This document shows positions 24,266-25,720 of a stretch of 25,720 nt of DNA, in pieces (position 1 is the first letter of the stretch; every line of letters begins with the position of its first letter). The position numbers and the translations under genes are program-made. The DNA comes from a virus (taxonomy: Duplodnaviria > Caudoviricetes): positions 1 through 25,720 of IMG/VR virus record IMGVR_UViG_3300020594_000131; one strand, 5' to 3'. The notes under the pieces were generated by a model. That model was not told the DNA's origin. It saw only the letters and a list, made by a program, of their open reading frames with translations, and did no database searches.

Positions 24266-25483
24266 ATGTCCGAAGTTTCTCTTGCCGAGAAGATTGGCGA
24301 GCTTGGCCAGTCTTTGGCTTCTATCAAGGAAAAGGTCGGCAATCTTGCGACCGATTTCACCGCGCAGCTCCAGCAGCACGGAACTGTTTCAACCGAGCTG
24401 ACCGGCAAGGTTGATAAGGCGCTATCTGAGCTTGGTGATACCACGATCCGCATCAGCGAACTGGAAAAGCGTGCCGCTCGTGAACGCGACGACGTTGCAC
24501 AAGGTCCGCAGGACGTTGGCGATATTGTCGTGGCGTCTGAAAAGTTCAAGTCGACCGACGTGTCCGGCGCATGGCGCGGTTCTATCCGTGTCGGTATGGA
24601 GCGCGCGGACATCACATCCGGCAATACCACGGTTGGCGCCGGTCGCTCGGCGGGAACGTCCCTTGTCCCAGGGCAGCGCGTGCCAGGCATCATTGCCCCG
24701 CCTAATCGCCAGCTGACGATCCGCGACCTTATTGCTCCAGGCCAGACCTCGGCCGCAAGTGTCGAGCTCGTAAAGGAAACCGGCTTTACGAACAGCGCGG
24801 CTCCGGTCGCTGAAGGCACACAGAAGCCGAAGTCTGACCTGACCTTTGATATGGAAACGACGCCTGTTCGCACGCTGGCCCATATCTTCAAGGCAAGCCG
24901 TCAGATCCTCGATGATGCTCCTGGCCTTGCAAGCTATATCAACGCTCGCGGCACGTACGGGCTCAAGTTCGTTGAAGAAGGCCAGCTTCTGAACGGTGAC
25001 GGTACTGGTCAGAACCTGCACGGCATTCTCCCGCAGGCATCTGCCTTCGCTCCGGCGTTCACTCCGGAGAACGAAACGGCAATCGACCGCCTGCGACTGG
25101 CAATCCTGCAGGTCATTTTGGCCGAATATCCGGCGAGCGGCTTCGTTCTGCATCCGACGGACTGGACCAAGATCGAGTTGACCAAGGATCTTGGCGGCAA
25201 CTACATTGTCGGCAACGCGCAGTCGCCGATCGGTCCGTCGCTGTGGAATCTGCCGGTCGTCCAGACCCAGGCGCTTTCTGCCGGCAAGTTCCTGACCGGT
25301 GCGTTCAATCTCGGCGCGCAGATCTTCGACCGAATGGGCGTCGAAGTGCTTCTGTCCAGCGAGAACGACAAGGACTTCGAGAACAACATGTTCACGATCC
25401 GTATCGAAGAACGACTCGCGCTGGCGGTTTACCGCCCAGAGGCATTCGTGACCGGCGACGTCAATCCGCCCGTAACTCCTTAA
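24266..25483 (+). CDS. HK97-family major capsid protein
   Basis: N-terminal coiled-coil delta domain; 'LTIRDLI', 'VAEGTQKPKSDLTF', 'SRQILDDAP', 'LLNGDGTG', 'EERLALAVYRPEAFV'. Confidence 0.96.
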   Translation: MSEVSLAEKIGELGQSLASIKEKVGNLATDFTAQLQQHGTVSTELTGKVDKALSELGDTTIRISELEKRAARERDDVAQGPQDVGDIVVASEKFKSTDVSGAWRGSIRVGMERADITSGNTTVGAGRSAGTSLVPGQRVPGIIAPPNRQLTIRDLIAPGQTSAASVELVKETGFTNSAAPVAEGTQKPKSDLTFDMETTPVRTLAHIFKASRQILDDAPGLASYINARGTYGLKFVEEGQLLNGDGTGQNLHGILPQASAFAPAFTPENETAIDRLRLAILQVILAEYPASGFVLHPTDWTKIELTKDLGGNYIVGNAQSPIGPSLWNLPVVQTQALSAGKFLTGAFNLGAQIFDRMGVEVLLSSENDKDFENNMFTIRIEERLALAVYRPEAFVTGDVNPPVTP

Positions 25484-25491
25484 TCGTTAGC

Positions 25492-25513
25492 GGGGCGCTT
25501 AGGCGCCCCTTTT
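25492..25513 (+). terminator. Intrinsic terminator/attenuator after the capsid gene
   Basis: ggggcgc-ttag-gcgcccc-tttt. Confidence 0.75.
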
Positions 25514-25525
25514 CACGAGGAAATC

Positions 25526-25720
25526 ATGAAAATCAAAGCGCTGAAAACCTTGGTCGGCAATTACGGCCGATTGGATGAAGGCATGGTCGCCGATCTGCCG
25601 AACTGGCAAGCCGGCCCGCTTCTGGCGCTTGGTTACGTCGAGAAGTTTACGGAGGTTGGCGATGGCCGACACGAAGACACGCAAACGCCGGGTGGCGAGC
25701 TACATCGGGGCGGGAATCGT
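25526..25720 (+). CDS. Small head-associated hypothetical protein (partial, MKIKALKTLVGNYGRLDEG...)
   Basis: GAGGA RBS; frame open to the window end. A second overlapping start (ATG 25662, GGAGG RBS, MADTKTRKRR...) follows in another frame. Confidence 0.6.
   Translation, partial: MKIKALKTLVGNYGRLDEGMVADLPNWQAGPLLALGYVEKFTEVGDGRHEDTQTPGGELHRGGNR

Overview
The window is the central part of a temperate HK97-like (pro)phage, probably from an Agrobacterium/Rhizobium host (inferred from gene content). On the + strand, an early replication/recombination arm runs through a DUF669-type ssDNA-binding protein, beta-clamp, Cas4-like exonuclease, SF2 helicase, NUMOD4-HNH, a second helicase, an amino-methyltransferase, an amber-interrupted C5-MTase-like gene and a primase-polymerase/helicase. 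It is followed by a probable origin, a VRR-NUC nuclease, a probable late regulator, and the head module (HNH, probable cos, TerS, TerL, portal, S49 protease, major capsid). Three cargo (moron) insertions interrupt this backbone. Three patterns stand out. (1) Nine non-structural phage proteins carry an (A)NDN motif, and five end in tails that mimic the alphaproteobacterial tmRNA/SsrA degradation tag. (2) The cargo forms a general-stress-response module: an orphan HWE histidine kinase plus three exact GGAAC-N16-CGTT (EcfG/RpoE2-type) promoters. (3) Six early genes share a C/A-rich + ACACGAGGA leader, four of them with an upstream hairpin. All functional calls come from motif recognition only; no database search was run.
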